Translations under genes and position numbers: made by a program | Notes under the pieces: model-generated | What the model saw: the letters and a program-made list of their open reading frames with translations, nothing else | Told to the model about the DNA's origin: nothing | The model's database searches: none | Shown here: positions 26,460-40,181 of the stretch, piece after piece | Layout of the letters: each line of letters starts with the position of its first letter | How positions within the stretch are numbered: position 1 is the first letter of the stretch | NCBI RefSeq assembly: GCF_024521635.1 | Contig: NW_026250428.1 | Coordinates: forward strand, 248,001 to 312,000 | From: Tricharina praecox | Taxonomy: Eukaryota | DNA: 64,000 nt | Direction: 5' to 3'

Positions 26460-29400
26460 ATGATAGATCTGAAAACAGTAATGGAGCAGAATATTCCGTG
26501 CAGTCCACAAAGACACGGTTCCAGCCGCTGCGGATCGGCGGCAAAATTTACCCCGCGTTCCATATATTTCCCCATATCGTTCCCGTAACCGTTGATAATA
26601 CGAACTCCCGTCCCTACAGTCCGGACATCCCGGCTCACTGATCGAGCGGAGGTTATTGTTGGCGATTCCTTATCGCGGATGCCCCAGGGAGAAGCAAGCC
26701 GCAAGTAGAGCTCCAGGAGCAAACTTCAAGCCGGACCCTTGTGTATGCGTCGGCGGAGATAAAGCGAAGACACAGGATAGCAACTACCATACCTAATCAA
26801 TTTGCGCCGCACATCGGAATTCGATGCGACAGAGTGATCACTTATGACAGAGCCGGAATCTCCATATCAAGGTCCGAGACTGTATTCGACTGTGTGGGTG
26901 ATTTGAAGTAGTACCTACCTGGCATCCCTCGTGACTATCCATCGCTGCATACCTATTGTAGATCAGGAATAACGGGCCATCTCCGCGTCGACGATGCAAA
27001 ATTGGCTACCGTACTGCGCGGCGAGTGATGGGGTGTGATAGGGTGGCATTACGCGAAGTGACATGGCTACCTATCTACCGACCTACTTTACTGATGGTCG
27101 AGTAGGCACATACTTCTCCGGTGTGGGGATAACTAGAGTACCTAGTCGGATGAGCTTCCACTCTAACGTCTGGAGGTATCTACTATGCGAGAGTTACAAG
27201 GCGATGCGAAGCACGATGGGCGGGGATGGCATGGGGACCATAGGACAAATCGCTACCCAGGTACCCGCTCTAAGGCGTAGGGCGCATGCGGGCTCCGGCA
27301 CGCCTATGTAGAGTACGGAAGACACGTGTGCTTCTATCTCGCAACGGTGTGCCGTGCCGTGCAGAGCCGGCAGATCCAAGAGACGTGTGCACTACGCAGC
27401 GTCATGCCACATCACTCCTGGACCGACCTCGCCAGTGTTTCCACCGGCTGCAGGTTCCTCTCTGGATCTAGGCTTCTATGTATGGTACTTTTGCTACTGG
27501 TGCCGTCTTGCGCCGCACTGGGGGGTTCGGGTGTCCTCCCCCTCATCTAATATATATGCACCCCGGTGTGTGTGTGCTGACGCGATCAAGGTTGAGGTCG
27601 GTGAAGGGCACGGTACTCTAAACGAAGGCGAAAGCGACTTGATTGTGAGTTTTTCTTCAAGATTCCACCCCATACATACATACTTCAACGGTGAGACAAT
27701 CCGGTACCTGCAAAGTAGGAGATCGCGACAGAGGGAGAGGGAGAGTGAGAGAGAGCAAGGGACCGAGGAAAAAACAGGCGATGTACCTGCCGCTGTGGGT
27801 ATGTATGTAGGCATAGTTCGAGAGTATATATGTATGTAAGAGCAGGTAATTCCTGACGTTTCGAATCGCATCGTCGACTCCTGGATCATCCTGGGTCCCA
27901 TCTCATCAGTTAATAGGTACAGTATGGATGGACATGCGTCACATGGGCCGTGAATGTATGGTACGTAGGATGACTACGTGCTCCAGCACTGCCTACCTGT
28001 AGTTACAGGTACACCAAAATGTATGATGAATCTACCACGCAAGGAACTAACTAGCCCGCAATCCGGGGCTAATCGAGTTTTCCCGTGCGAACGAGAGCTT
28101 CCATGCCATCCTGAAACCATCGCGCCGGACTGGACTGGGGGCGAACCCTTCCCCTTAACTACCCCCAGCCCATTAGCCTACACCTGCGCCACAGGGTGCA
28201 TCGCTTTGCCCTAGGGATGGTTACATATTCCCCCCATATTCCGTTCTTCCTTCCTGATCTTTTACCTCCTTCTCGAAGTTCGAAGCTGTTGATCTCCGCG
28301 CCGTCAGATCTAATTAGCTGGGTATGTACGTACTCTGTAACGGCTGTATCTATCGGAGGGGAAGGTCGGGATGGATGTGGTGAAGATCCCGACCTCGGAT
28401 GAGCTTGAAAGGGAGTAGGTAACTATATATCGTACCTATTGGATTCGGAGACGAATACGGGCAACATCCCGTGATAGGTAGAGTATCTGAGTAAGATGAT
28501 AAAGGAACTTTCCACGGCGCATCTCGTCGGTTGCCTACCTACCTATGTGCCGGCCTAGAGTACCTACTCAGTACACAGCATACATAGAAGGATGAGATGG
28601 TGGTGGGCAGTCCGGACGAATATGACAAGGGGGGTGGAGAAGGTGAAGTCCAAGCTTTAGGTAGGTCTCTTCGGAGTTTCACGGAAGTTAGACTGGTTAT
28701 TGGAGTGCAACACACAGAGGCGAGGTTCCAGTTCCACCCGATAGATAGATGGGGCTACCTATTCGGTGGATACAAGGCAGTTCGGTTCTATGACGGGTTC
28801 CCTTCGATTCGATGATGAAGCGTTCGACGCGCGCGGGAAGGATCCATGGTGTGAATCTCACTCTTTTCAACCTGGGGGTGCATATCTAGCGGTGAGAACA
28901 GAAGTCTCGAACGCAAACCGAGGCGGGAGGAACGGATATCTACAGCTGTTACGTGTGTAGGTACTACGGATGAACCAACCTACGTGCACCCACCTATATT
29001 ACTTGCGCCTCGTCTCCGCCAATCGGTCGGGCAACTATATTATAGTCTTTAATTTCCCAGGCGTATGCAGCTGCAAGGCTGCAACGGGAATAATGGGTGA
29101 CAGCTCAAGCGAAGAAGCAAAAGACCACCAAAAAAAGAGCTTGGAGATGGTCGTGCGTCCGACGCCCGACCCATGGACCGTCTCTTGGGCCAGCGGGATG
29201 CTGCAAACGGCGTCCCGCGGCCCGCCACGAGGCCAGCACGAGGCCAGCGCGTGGCCTCGCCGTGGAAAATGAAAGTATTTCCCGCCGTTGCGGTCTGTGG
29301 GCGGGGCGGGGGAGAGCTTCGAGTTCGCGAGACTCCCAAGACGAGGCCCGCGGCCGACGCCAGCGTCCAGAGCCCGGACCGTCAGTAGTTAGGATTCATA

Positions 29401-31402
29401 ATGGAACTCGGTTCTTGCCGCCGCCGCCGCCGACGTTGGGGGTGGTGAATTTTGAAGGTCCCGGAGTTGGTGCACAATAAACATCCCACATCTCGTGAAT
29501 CCCATAAATAGAGTGCTCATGACCGGTCTGCAGGAAATCGGCGGCCACGGGGGCGGAACCTGCAAATGGATGCCGTCATTTATGGAGCGGCACCTCTCGG
29601 ACGAGTGCGCGCAGCCATCTGTGGAACGCAACTGACATGATAACCCAGAGATCGTTATGCAAAGACGCGATGTCTCCTGGAATGCGAATGTTGTCCGTGG
29701 CCGCATGGCTTGTGAGTCGTGTCCGGCGCTGAAACGTTTAGCTAGCGCTCGTTTGCAGTCTAGCGCCCCGCGATTGGCCCTCCATCATGCTATGGATGGA
29801 TATTCTCGATATTCTCCGGTCAGGCCTGTCATGCTCGTTACTGCTGCGTGAATGGCTGGTGCCCTCATCCCTGGCTGACCTGAGGAATCTGAGACCTGCC
29901 ATTCTATGCGTATGTCTCAGTCCCGCGGGAATACCGTACAACATACCCCTCTATGCGCCGCCTCGTCATAACGGCCTCTCGTTGTGTTGGTATGATAGCT
30001 ACGGTGACTATTAGCAGGTGATCAGCAAACAAATCCGGTGGGCAGCGGCGCGGTTGCAACTTAGAGTGGAGTCAATTCTGTGTTTCCTCCGCAAGGTCCC
30101 CATCGCTGACGACCGTGCTTAGATTCGCCTTCACTTCTCCACCGCCAAAGGGAAGCCCATGGTGAAACCACTGTTTTCTCCGATGTCGGGAACTCTTTGT
30201 TGTCGAGCTAGGTACCGTATCCAGCGCCCTGTGGGATCGGTTCTTTGTGCGGTGTTTTCACGCTCGGGGTAGTCTGCCTTCTCACTGCTCAGCATCCTGC
30301 CCCACCGTTCCCCTCAAAATGTAGTCCCCGTTCTCATCATGCTGATCCAGTCCGCCAAGTGGCACTGGAGGGTGTATGTAGGGAGTTGCCGTGAAGTAGT
30401 TTCCAAGTCGCCCCCGCTTTGGGGTAGCCTCGGAACGCCACCATTTCAATGGGTTGGTGCGCGACGACACGAGCGGTCAACAACTATCATAACTGGTATT
30501 TTTCAGGATTCCTTTTGTCGGAGGTTGGTGCGTCGTGGTGTGGTTGGAGGCTGGAGGTATCGAGTGGTGTATCGAGTATCTATGGCTCAGTTGCATAAAC
30601 AGAACACCCCAATCAATCCGGCTGACTCTGAGGCCTTCTCTGTTCTATAATTGACAACTCCTTGCTTGGATCTGACTCGCTGGCTTACCACGTCGCCCAA
30701 GAGCCGAATCGACGGATGGGCTTGTCTATAGAGTGCTGAATGTTCCTCTCGTGGAGTCCGCAGCAAGTCTCTGTGCTGAGAACCGAGAACCGAGAAGTTT
30801 ATAGGTAGTACCGTAGTCGCTTGAGGTACCGCAAGGCTCGGACATGTCCCCAATCCGTCGGTCAGTCGTTATCTCGGATCCGTCTGGAGGATATCGTGCT
30901 ACTGGCGGCTCTCGGCCCGTATGCGGCTCGGAAGTCGTCCAGGAAAGGCTTTGCAGCCGGACCGTTGTCGTTCAGTCGCTGCGCAGGGAATTGTCCACAG
31001 GTCGGAGTCCAATGCCCGCCATTCGGCTGGATTACCCTCCGCCACCGCCGAATCACCACCGCTGCCTCTACACCCTCCGTCTCGACACGTTTCGGACGAA
31101 ACACGGGCCACCCATCACCGTTCAGCCAATCTTCTAAAAGCGTTCATCTCTCACTGCTACAGTCTAGCCTTGCGAGCCGAATCCCCTGCCAGTGCCCTCA
31201 TTTTAGAGCCACGTTCTCTATTCCCATCGTCGCAAACACTAATGGCTGACCCCGGCAACATCCACTTCAGTCACAGTCGCTTCCCTGTGCCCCATTCCTT
31301 CCCTCTTCCAACACAAACCACCACACACACCCTCCTTCCACACCCTCCACACCTTCACACCCACAACCCCCCAGCTCCACACCCCTCCCCACCGACCAAA
31401 GC

Positions 31403-32558
31403 ATGGACGCTTTCGCCCCAGTTAAAGATGAGGCCTCTCGTCGCCATCCTGAGGATCTAGTGGACTCGGATATTGAGAGTGAAATCGACAGCAACGCAAG
31501 CATCGACTTCGAAAACGACGCTCACGACAACGAAGACTTTGTGATTCCCGGAACCGGACCTAAAGACATGCCTCTCTTCAAGCCTTCCTCGAAGCTTTCT
31601 GGCTCGCACCAGACCGTGAGTTATCCCTCGCCGTTCCGCACGAAGCTTTGTGCTTCCTCCGATCATCCGCCCCTCCAAATTCAATCCATCGCTCTCCTAT
31701 TCACACCTTATTCGCTCCTTCCCCCGCTAACGCGCATTCGTCTCCAGGGTGTGAAAGGTGTCATTGCCGATGCGACCTCGTTCGAGACTGCACGCCGCCA
31801 GACGCGGAGACAACAGAAGCAGAAGTCGGCAGACTACACCTTTGCCGGCTACATCTCCCCCTCCGAGATGGATGCGCGAACACCCCTCAACCAGGCCAGC
31901 GACCCCGAGAGCGGCGACGACGAGGGCTTCATCCGGTCGTGGCGCAAGCACCGCATGGCCGAGTTGAGGACCGGAATCGCTACCCAGAGGAAACAATCGC
32001 CCAGCAAGCGAAAGTACGGACGCGTTGTGACGGTGGATGCCGTGGGATACCTGGACGCTATCGAGAAGGTTTCGCCAGAAACGGTGGTGGTGGTTACCAT
32101 CTTCAATGACGAGGTACTTGCCCCCTCATTTCCCCCTCTTCCGCTCTCTCACTCATATCCGTCGCGTGGAAGCCGATGCCGCTTCCCCGTCGTTATTAAA
32201 CCAACCTGTTACTGACTGATGCCTGCTTGTTTAGTCGGATGAATCCAGATTCGTTGAGGATTGCCTAAATACCCTGTGCCGACGCTACCCTACAACCCGG
32301 TTCGTGAAGCTGCACCATGTCGAGGCCGAGATGGAGGCGTCGGTTGTTCCTGCGGTTTTAGCGTACAAAGCCGGAGAGCTCTTCGCCAACATTATCCGCA
32401 TCGTCGACGAGATCCCCCCTGGACGCAACCTCAGCACCGACAGTCTGGAGCTGGTGCTCCGAAGGTATGTGCTCGAACGCAACTCGCTTATCGCCAATTA
32501 CGATGTAGCAGAGCATTAACTAGTTATCTTCAGGGCGAATGTGTTGACACTCGAATGA
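31403..32558 (+). CDS. Phosducin-like protein (PhLP1/PhnA/BDM-1 type), four exons
   Basis: Exons 31403-31615, 31748-32113, 32235-32464 and 32534-32558. Motifs T|GVKGVIADA, DDEGFIRSWRKHRMAEL, YGRVVTVDAVGYLDAIEK, TRFVKL, VPAVLAYKAGELFAN. Confidence 0.9.
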
Positions 32559-33822
32559 TCGGGTAATGCGCTCGTGTGGCATTTTCCACCGCCGACGTTA
32601 CGATTTCCTTTGTGCAACGCCTTTTAAATGAGCACCCTTCCATAGTTCGCTTCTACGATGATTGATGGTACATTTACTCGTGCTTTCACACATGACCAAC
32701 TCGAGCCCCGGATTTTCTTGCTATGTCTTTCTTTTCCCTTTGTTCCTTTGTTTCTAGGCCGGTCGGTCTTGCGTTTGGGTTTCCAGTCTGGGGTTTATGT
32801 GGGTTGTTTTTTTCTGGGGTTTAGGTGTGTGTGGTTCGATTCTTTTTTTCGGTTCAATCTTTCTTTTTCTTTCTCTGTTATAGACGGGTCGGGACGGGAC
32901 AACGCGGGGACCGGCGTGTGGGATTTAGTTGTTAGGGGGGGTTTACGTTTTGTTACGATGCTCTCACAGATCTCAACGAACTTACTTTACCTGTGTGAAC
33001 TACTTGTTTACTTGACGCGGTTGCAGTGCTGTGTGGGAGACGGCGGAGAGCAGTGAGGAAACTCGGACGGTGATGGGTTGAGCTCCGCCTCCTCCCGTGA
33101 TGGAATCCCATGCCCAACGTCTCAACTAGTCGTCTAGCTTGCGCGATCGTCGAGGTGTCAGAAGCTACATAGCTTGAGTAGAACCCTTTCCAGCCTTCGG
33201 GACTACATTCATTCCCCGACCACGTCTCCGGGGATCGGAACCGCCTTTTGTAAGCGAGGGGAAGCCTCCAATCGTTCGGGATGGCTGACAGCACCCGAGG
33301 AGTTTTCTGCTGTTCTCTCCATTACCGCGTGCGACCCGTTCCGACTACCGTATGGCAGCTACGGGCAATCTGCTGGGTCCTGCTCATCGTCTCGGCCAGT
33401 CTTCGCCGACGACCACAAGCACTCCGTAGCCGGCCAGGGTGTCTGCCCCGCGAGAAAATAGATGCTGATGGATAGTATAGTAAGCAAGGACCGACAACAG
33501 ATATAGCTCACAGTCACAGAGTGACATCCTACAGGGGCGCTCGTCTTCCCGGCGGCTTCCCCCCACCTCCGCTCCTCCACACTTCCACTCCTCCGGCTGT
33601 TTCTTCGGGTTGAAACTTTGGCCAATGGAGAATATGAAGTTATTCAAGTGACGCCCCCGCCCCGCCCTGCCTTGCGACAGAGGGGTAGTGGGGTACTGCG
33701 ACTATACGGCGGAAGGCGTCTGGGACTCTGGGTGCTACGGTTAGAGGTTTCAAGGCTTTGCACTTGGAGTTTGCCTGTCCTGGTAGCGACCTACCCTATC
33801 CTTAGATACGGCTGTAGATACT

Positions 33823-34430
33823 GTTTCAGCCACGATGTGGGGTCGGTGAGAAGTTATGAACAGTGAAGGTCAGCATGTGGGAGACAGTATGAGCTCTTGT
33901 GCTAGCTATACACAGTCATAAATCCTGGAACGTTGGGAGTCCGAACCACACCTGGTTAATGGGAATGAAGACTCGAGCGACGCAAGATGAATAGCACGCT
34001 CACTCGTCAAGCCGTTTCAACCACATCATGTGGCCGGTGAGAAGTGATGAATGCCAGCCTCTGCGAGGCAGTATTAGCTCTTCTACCTGCTGTTCACAGT
34101 CGCAAATCTTGGAATCTCGGAACTACGCCTGGTGAATGGGAATGAGGACTCGAGCGAGACGACGTGAATAGCCCGCTCACTCGTCTGAGTCGTATCTTCT
34201 CCTTGCCCGGGCCACGTCCGTAGAGACGGTTTAGCCACCCTGCGAGAAGTCATGAAGACCCGCCTCTGTGACTATGAGAGTGAGGTATCGCTAGCTTAGT
34301 AGCTCTTGTGCGTGCCATTCACAGTCGCAAATCGTGAAACCCTCAGAGTCCGAACCACACCTGATGAGTGAGAATGAAAAAACTCGAACGACGCAACGCG
34401 AATAGCACGCTCACTCATCGCTTCTTTTGC
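33823..34430 (+). repeat. Array A: three degenerate tandem copies of a ~190-240 bp dispersed repeat
   Basis: Recurring blocks GAGAAGT(T/G/C)ATGAA, CACAGTC, GAGTCCGAACCACACCTG, AATGGGAATGAAGACTCGAGCGA, GAATAGC-CGCTCACTC. Confidence 0.9.
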
Positions 34431-34972
34431 TTATGTAGTTCCATTGAACTCTACACTTCTCCAGCCATCCAAGCACTTGTAATATGTACATACTGTATGG
34501 CACTGGTTGATCATCTAGGTAGTCGCTGCCCACGTGGAGCCGAGTCATGCCGCATGATGCACGCTCGAACACTGCGGAACTACCAGGATAAATCCCGGCC
34601 GTGTACATAGACCCGCTGGTGGACGTGGTTGTATGTAGCGGCCGGTACGGTGTGTGGCGACGCAGAGACTCCGGTACCGCACTCTACGCTGTCATACCAT
34701 CAAGGTCAACCTAGGTTCGGAACTGCGGCCACGGCACAAAGATGTACGTACAGGCCAGTACAGCAGCTCAATTGCATTTTACGACTGATATTAGGCTTGC
34801 GGCATTAGGCTTGGAGAGTACTCCTCTGAAGACTCAATCACAAGATATCTGCATACGAAGGAGACGCCAGACAAACTCTACACGAGCTATGTAAAACCCA
34901 TGATGAACGAACGCCCCCGGGGGATAAAGCAAACGCCAACACCAAAACGACTGAGACGAACAGCCTCATCAC

Positions 34973-36980
34973 TCACTCACTGTCCCTTTCAGTCCTGATA
35001 GCAGTCTCAAAGATCCTCCACATCCTGTGCTTCGTGCCATCTGCCGCCTCGTGTCCGTATTCCTTGGCGCAGGCGTCAAAGAACTTTGCTTCCTCGTCTT
35101 CCGGACGCAGCTGCGGCATCTGCGGTTCCGCGCTGTCGTGCTCCGTCTTTGTCCTCTTGTTCGACTCGACAATGGCCGCCGCCTTCTTCTTCTTTTTGCT
35201 CCTCTTCCTCTTCTTTCTGTTCTGCTGCTGCTCCTCCTCCTCCTCGATATCCGGTGTGGGGGCGGCAGGCGGCACTGCCGGCGCAGGCTCTATCAGCTCG
35301 CCGGCCTGTCTTTTCTCGAGATTGCCCCAGAGATATGTCAGCCTCTCGCGAAGCTCATCCAGCTTTTCGGGATACGTCCGCAGACTAGTATTGTTTGTTA
35401 GCCACCGGACTCGGACTCAGAGTCGGAACCAGCGAAGCGGGGGGTGGGGCATTCGTACTTGGTTGGCTCCATTTTCAAGAGGTACTCGGCATCTTCGTCC
35501 ATGACGATGAGTCTCATGACGTTGCCGTCTCTCCCCTCCACCAGCAACGCGAACCGCCACCTCCACCGTTTCTTCGAAAACCCCTCCGGAACCTCGAATT
35601 TGGTGAAGTCCGCTAGGTTGTCTGGCTTGAACTCGATAACCTTGCACACGATGTGGTATTTCAGGTTCATGTAGAAGCGGTCGCCTAGGTCCATCTCCAA
35701 AATGTCGCCGATCAGCGTAACTGGCCACTCAGATCTCACGATCTGCACGTTTTCGTTATCCCCTTTCGCCCGCTGATGTTCCTTCAGTCGCTCTAGTTCC
35801 TTCTGTGTGGCCTCTTCCTCCACCTTGCGTTTTTCCGCCGCTTCTCGCTGCGTGCTTTCCGCCCGCCGCTCCTCTTCGATATCATGGCGCCGCAGATACT
35901 CCTTTTCCCTCTGCTGGATTGCCCGGACCCGTGGATCATCCATATTAGTGATGACCACGAAATCCGGTCGGTCCGGGTACTGCATATCCTGGTTCAACGA
36001 GGCCTCGAAGCGTTTCATCGGGACGTCGAACTTGAGACATAAGTTCCTGACGAACAAATACCCGCCCTCCCGTATCAGATCCGGCGCCATGTTCTTGTTG
36101 ATATCCCACAGCGAGATCTGCAGCGTATACCTCCCCCACGGGCCCCTCCACTTTGCGAGCCGCTGCCCGTCGTCGTCCGGGTCGCGCTCGTAGTTGTACA
36201 GATACTCGTTCTCCGTGTAGTCGGTGATGTACAGCTCGAACGCATAGCTGCCGTTGAACGTCTTGACCACCTTGCCGACCATGTCAAAGTAATTCCCGAT
36301 CGGCCGTCCGTTCCGCAGCGCTCGCGGCGCCATCATATCTTTGACGAGCTTGAACCTGTCCCGGGGCTTATACACCGACGCAGCCACGACCTGCGTCACC
36401 TGCTCGCTGCCGACCGCAGCACCGTCGCTCGGACCCTCCTTCGACCACCAGGTACGGAGCCTCGCCATCACCTTACCGTGCTCCGGCGCGATGGGGAACT
36501 TCGCCGACGGAGGGTAGTGTATCGGCGGCAGCCCAATATTTGCGGAAGGGGGGCGGCGTGCCAGCACGCACGCGAACGTGGCCTTGTCGTTGACGAGAAG
36601 GGCTTCGCCGCGGAACATGGACGTCTTCATGTTGTGGAGCAGCAGTATGTCGCCCGGGGAGGTGATGGCGGGCAGCTGCGATTCGCTGCTGCAGAATAGG
36701 CGCGCCTTGACGCCGAGAGAGTCGCTAGGTAGAGATTGGTCCCGCACGGTGAAGGTCATCATGTAGTCTGTTGCGCGCGCGAGTCAGCGATGAGGCGGGC
36801 GTTTGTGAGGACGCGCACTGGTGAGAGAGTGGTACCTGCATTCCGCGTCGTCGTCGGTGGCAGGAAGTCGACCACCACGCCCACGACATCGACGAATGTA
36901 CCGGACGCCTTGAGTAACGCGGTTTTGAGGGAGATTAGAGTGCGCTGTGGAGGCGGTGATGACTGTGAAGGCTGGGACAT
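34973..36980 (-). CDS. POT1: Telomere single-strand binding protein Pot1 (OB folds), three exons
   Basis: FVDVVGVVVDFLPP, DYMMTFTVRD, LPAITSPGDILLLHNMK, FDMVGKVVK, LYITDYTEN, WRGPWGRYTLQISLWD, WRWRFALLVE, LRERLTYLWGNLE. Confidence 0.9.
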
Positions 36981-37311
36981 GGCGCGTCGCGGTTTGTGGG
37001 CTCGGTAGGGTGGTGGTGCATGTGGGAAGACGGGTTTGGATGGGAAGACGCGTAAAGAGGACAAGGGTCACACCGATGCGCATCTCAACTCAACGCGCGC
37101 TTACTTCCGTTGAGACGCCTGATGTGGTTTGCCGTAGGTCTCGGCACTAGCGTATCGGAATACACAGACGGAAAACAGAGCTATCTACAGGCGAATGTGA
37201 TGGGCATAATTGGTACTTGAGGTGATGGAGATGATTCCTTTTCTTTTGTTTAATCATGGATTGCATGCGACGATCATGCCAATATACACACTCCGTTTCC
37301 ATGTCCGCTCC

Positions 37312-37850
37312 TCACACCGCCTCGCTCCCTGCCTCTTCACCAGGAGATGCCATGAAGGAGGGCTCCAGGAGGAACAGTGAGAGTTGCCCCGGCTTCTCGG
37401 CCTCAGCGCCCTCCTCCTCCTCTCGCCTCCTCCTCCTCCTCTCCGCCTGTCTCTCCCCCAGCTCCCTGAGCTCCCACTCGGAGACCGAGCGTCGGTGCGG
37501 CTCTTTGCCCACTGGAGGTAGTGGCCGGTTAGACAGTGCCCGGACCCGCAATATTCTTCACTATGAGTGTACACAGGCAGTTGGAATTGTAGTCGCTGGA
37601 GCGCACAGTTTGGTTGGTCGGACATACCGGTTTCCGGCTGCCAGTTTGTCCCATTCGTCGGCCTTTTCGTTTCCGGGGACGCCCCTATGGGCCGGACACC
37701 ACCTGTTCTCTATGGGATCCCAGTTCTCTCCCGCACCGGGCGGCGCTGTACTCTCGCATTTGCTCTCGACGATTCCCCACTCAGCACTTTGCCGCGGCAG
37801 ATCTTCGCGGGTGACAATGTATGATTGGCACCCTGGACTCCACATCTCGG
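37312..37850 (-). mobile_element. Degenerate, internally deleted non-LTR retrotransposon (fungal Tad1-like LINE ORF2 3' relic)
   Basis: RNase H motif RWCPAHRGVPGNEKADEW, then GHCLTGHYLQWAKSR, then a tail SVSEWELRE...LFLLEPSFMAS. These lie in ORF2 order but in shifted frames. Confidence 0.8.
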
Positions 37851-40181
37851 GCCAACCTCCAACCTCCATTCTCCAGGTTCAACCGCTTTCACCCGCCAGG
37901 TCCGCCAGGTTCGACAACAAAGGATAATAGAGACAGTGATCATTCCGGTACCGGCATGCAAGCGTGCGAGCGTGCTGCAGTGCAGCCCGCATTGGCGCCC
38001 GCGCAGAAGTGGCGTTTCAGTTCATCGTTCTCAGGCGGCCACGTATTCCGATCTTTGGAAGCTTTTGCTTTTGAAGCCTCAAGTGGTGAAATAGACCGCC
38101 TACCAAACTCGGTCGGTGGTTTTTGTGACGAAACTGTAGTTGTTCTTGTCTCTAGAGCGCGTGGGGGGATGGGGAAGCATTGGCCCCACTGTATGTCCAT
38201 ACCTAGTAGTTTATGTACCGGTAGTTGCTTGCAGGATGCTGAGCAACCTCGCGCGAACGGCGAGCACTAGGTCGATCGATCGGACATGCATGGGTGTTTG
38301 TTCGTCACAATTTCGGAGAGTTTATCCCATCGATCTGGCAGCTCCGAGATTGTACTTACATACCCGCTGTCTCTTCGGCAGCGGGTGGGCTCAGCCTTGA
38401 TGATGGTGGTGCCCTGCCGACCTGGGTTCGGTCGGAGCCGGTGACAAGCCCGCAACTAGACTGCTCCGCAAGCAGACTGCTTCTGGGAGCTTTGGCGGTG
38501 GGGATCGGGCTTCGTATAGGCTATCACTGGCTACACTCTGGGTGCAGAGTTTTGCTGGGCATGCAAGCCCCAGAGAACAACTGAGACATATGGCGGGATG
38601 CCCGCCGGGGTCTCTGCGATTTCGGCCCCAGCAGCTGGTTGGCCGTGGTGAACAGATTCGCCTACCAGCTTCTAAATCCGAGGGTGAAGTCTGCAGGACT
38701 GTAAGACATCTCCTCTGGATACTACCTAGCTGTCCAAACTGCTTTTGCGTATACACTTTCCGACCAGTGAATACCACACCGTATATGTAAAAGAAAAAAA
38801 GTGTGTGATAAGGGATTCAATGCGCACCCCTACACAGTTCGGACAACAAGCCATGCAAGTGGCCGGCGAAACGACCCGATGGATGCGGCAATTGTTTCCC
38901 ATCCTTTCGCCAGAGTGCATACCTGGTACTAGGAAGGCAAACGGAGACGTCGTATTGGCCGGCTCACGTGTGTACCCAACTCCCGACTTCTAGTTACCCC
39001 CGCTGTCTCAACCGTGACATCGCCCGACGAGGATCCCCCGCTGGTTTCAATAGCGCAGGCGCAAACGCGTCGGCTGTGTCTGCTAGACTCGCCGATCAGG
39101 CGAGAGGCACTGGTGCTCGCCGCGGATATCAGGCGCGTGGCCCACTAACCAACTGCGATGGTGGCGGGCGGTGATCGCGAACTGGCCTGCAGATTTCCCG
39201 TGGTGTTGTCCGCGTCGGTCCTCTAAAGTGCCACCTCAGCGCTGCCTCTGCGATCGACGGCTTCCACAGCGTCGATACGAAGGGACAGCAGAGAGAACAT
39301 CGACGTCTGAGGAGGAGTATTGGGCCGTCTGTAGAACAGTCTAGCCGACGTGCGCAGAGTTCTTCACCGTGAATCCAGAAATCCCATGGCCTTCGCCGCT
39401 TCGGGAAAGTTGCTGGATTTCTGTACAAACCCGACCCGACCAACGTGCCATCGTGTGTGTACTATTTATACTAGTACCAGTACTAGTACCTGAGGACACG
39501 AACCGACCAAGCGATGCCCGTGGTGCGGAGCAAATCACGGAGAGCTATATATCAGCGCTCACGGTAACTATGGCCACGTTATCTGTCAGAAGCTCAGCTA
39601 GTATCCGTTACATACGAAGGAACCTTCTCCCGTGGAAGGTCACCTACCATAGTACCGGACAATTACGCCGCCCCGTCGATGCCTGTATGTAGTACGGATA
39701 GCCACGATGTAGATGTAGATCCAGAGTTGAGTAGCTGATAACCTTTGGCCGGCCATGGCGCATGCTCTGGCTCCCTGTTGGTTGATGGTTGTACGCACTC
39801 TTTCTCTGCGCCCAACAGCCATCCCGGCCAACACCGTCCCACCGCCAGCCATCCTCGGCCCCCAATACCTGTTACGATCGCATCACATCACGACCCGAAC
39901 TTTTCCCCCTGTACTGCCAGCGAACGTAAAGAAAGACGTCTCCAACCTCTTTCTTGACCTCTGCACTCCGATCATAAACACGACCGCCCGACGTCCAACA
40001 ACCTTCCTTCGTTCGCTTCGCAGACCGCCATCTATCGTCGTCATCTTCCTCTCCACTCCAGAGTACCAGTACTTCGGTTGCGTCAGCTGCCCCCAGAGCC
40101 GCCCCTCGCCCAGAGCTTGTGGCCAGCTTCCCACAATCACCGACGCCCACCACCACCGCCACCGTCGTCCAGTGAAGCACT

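Noticed and set aside
25352..26722. 456-aa antisense ORF over FEX
   Set aside because: Shadow of a GC-rich sense gene; no motifs.
34030..34110. Hairpin-ribozyme-like words (AGAA-GTGA and TCAC-AGTC) in the repeat family
   Set aside because: Loop A would be 4x3 rather than 4x4, and no consistent loop B or helices occur across copies.
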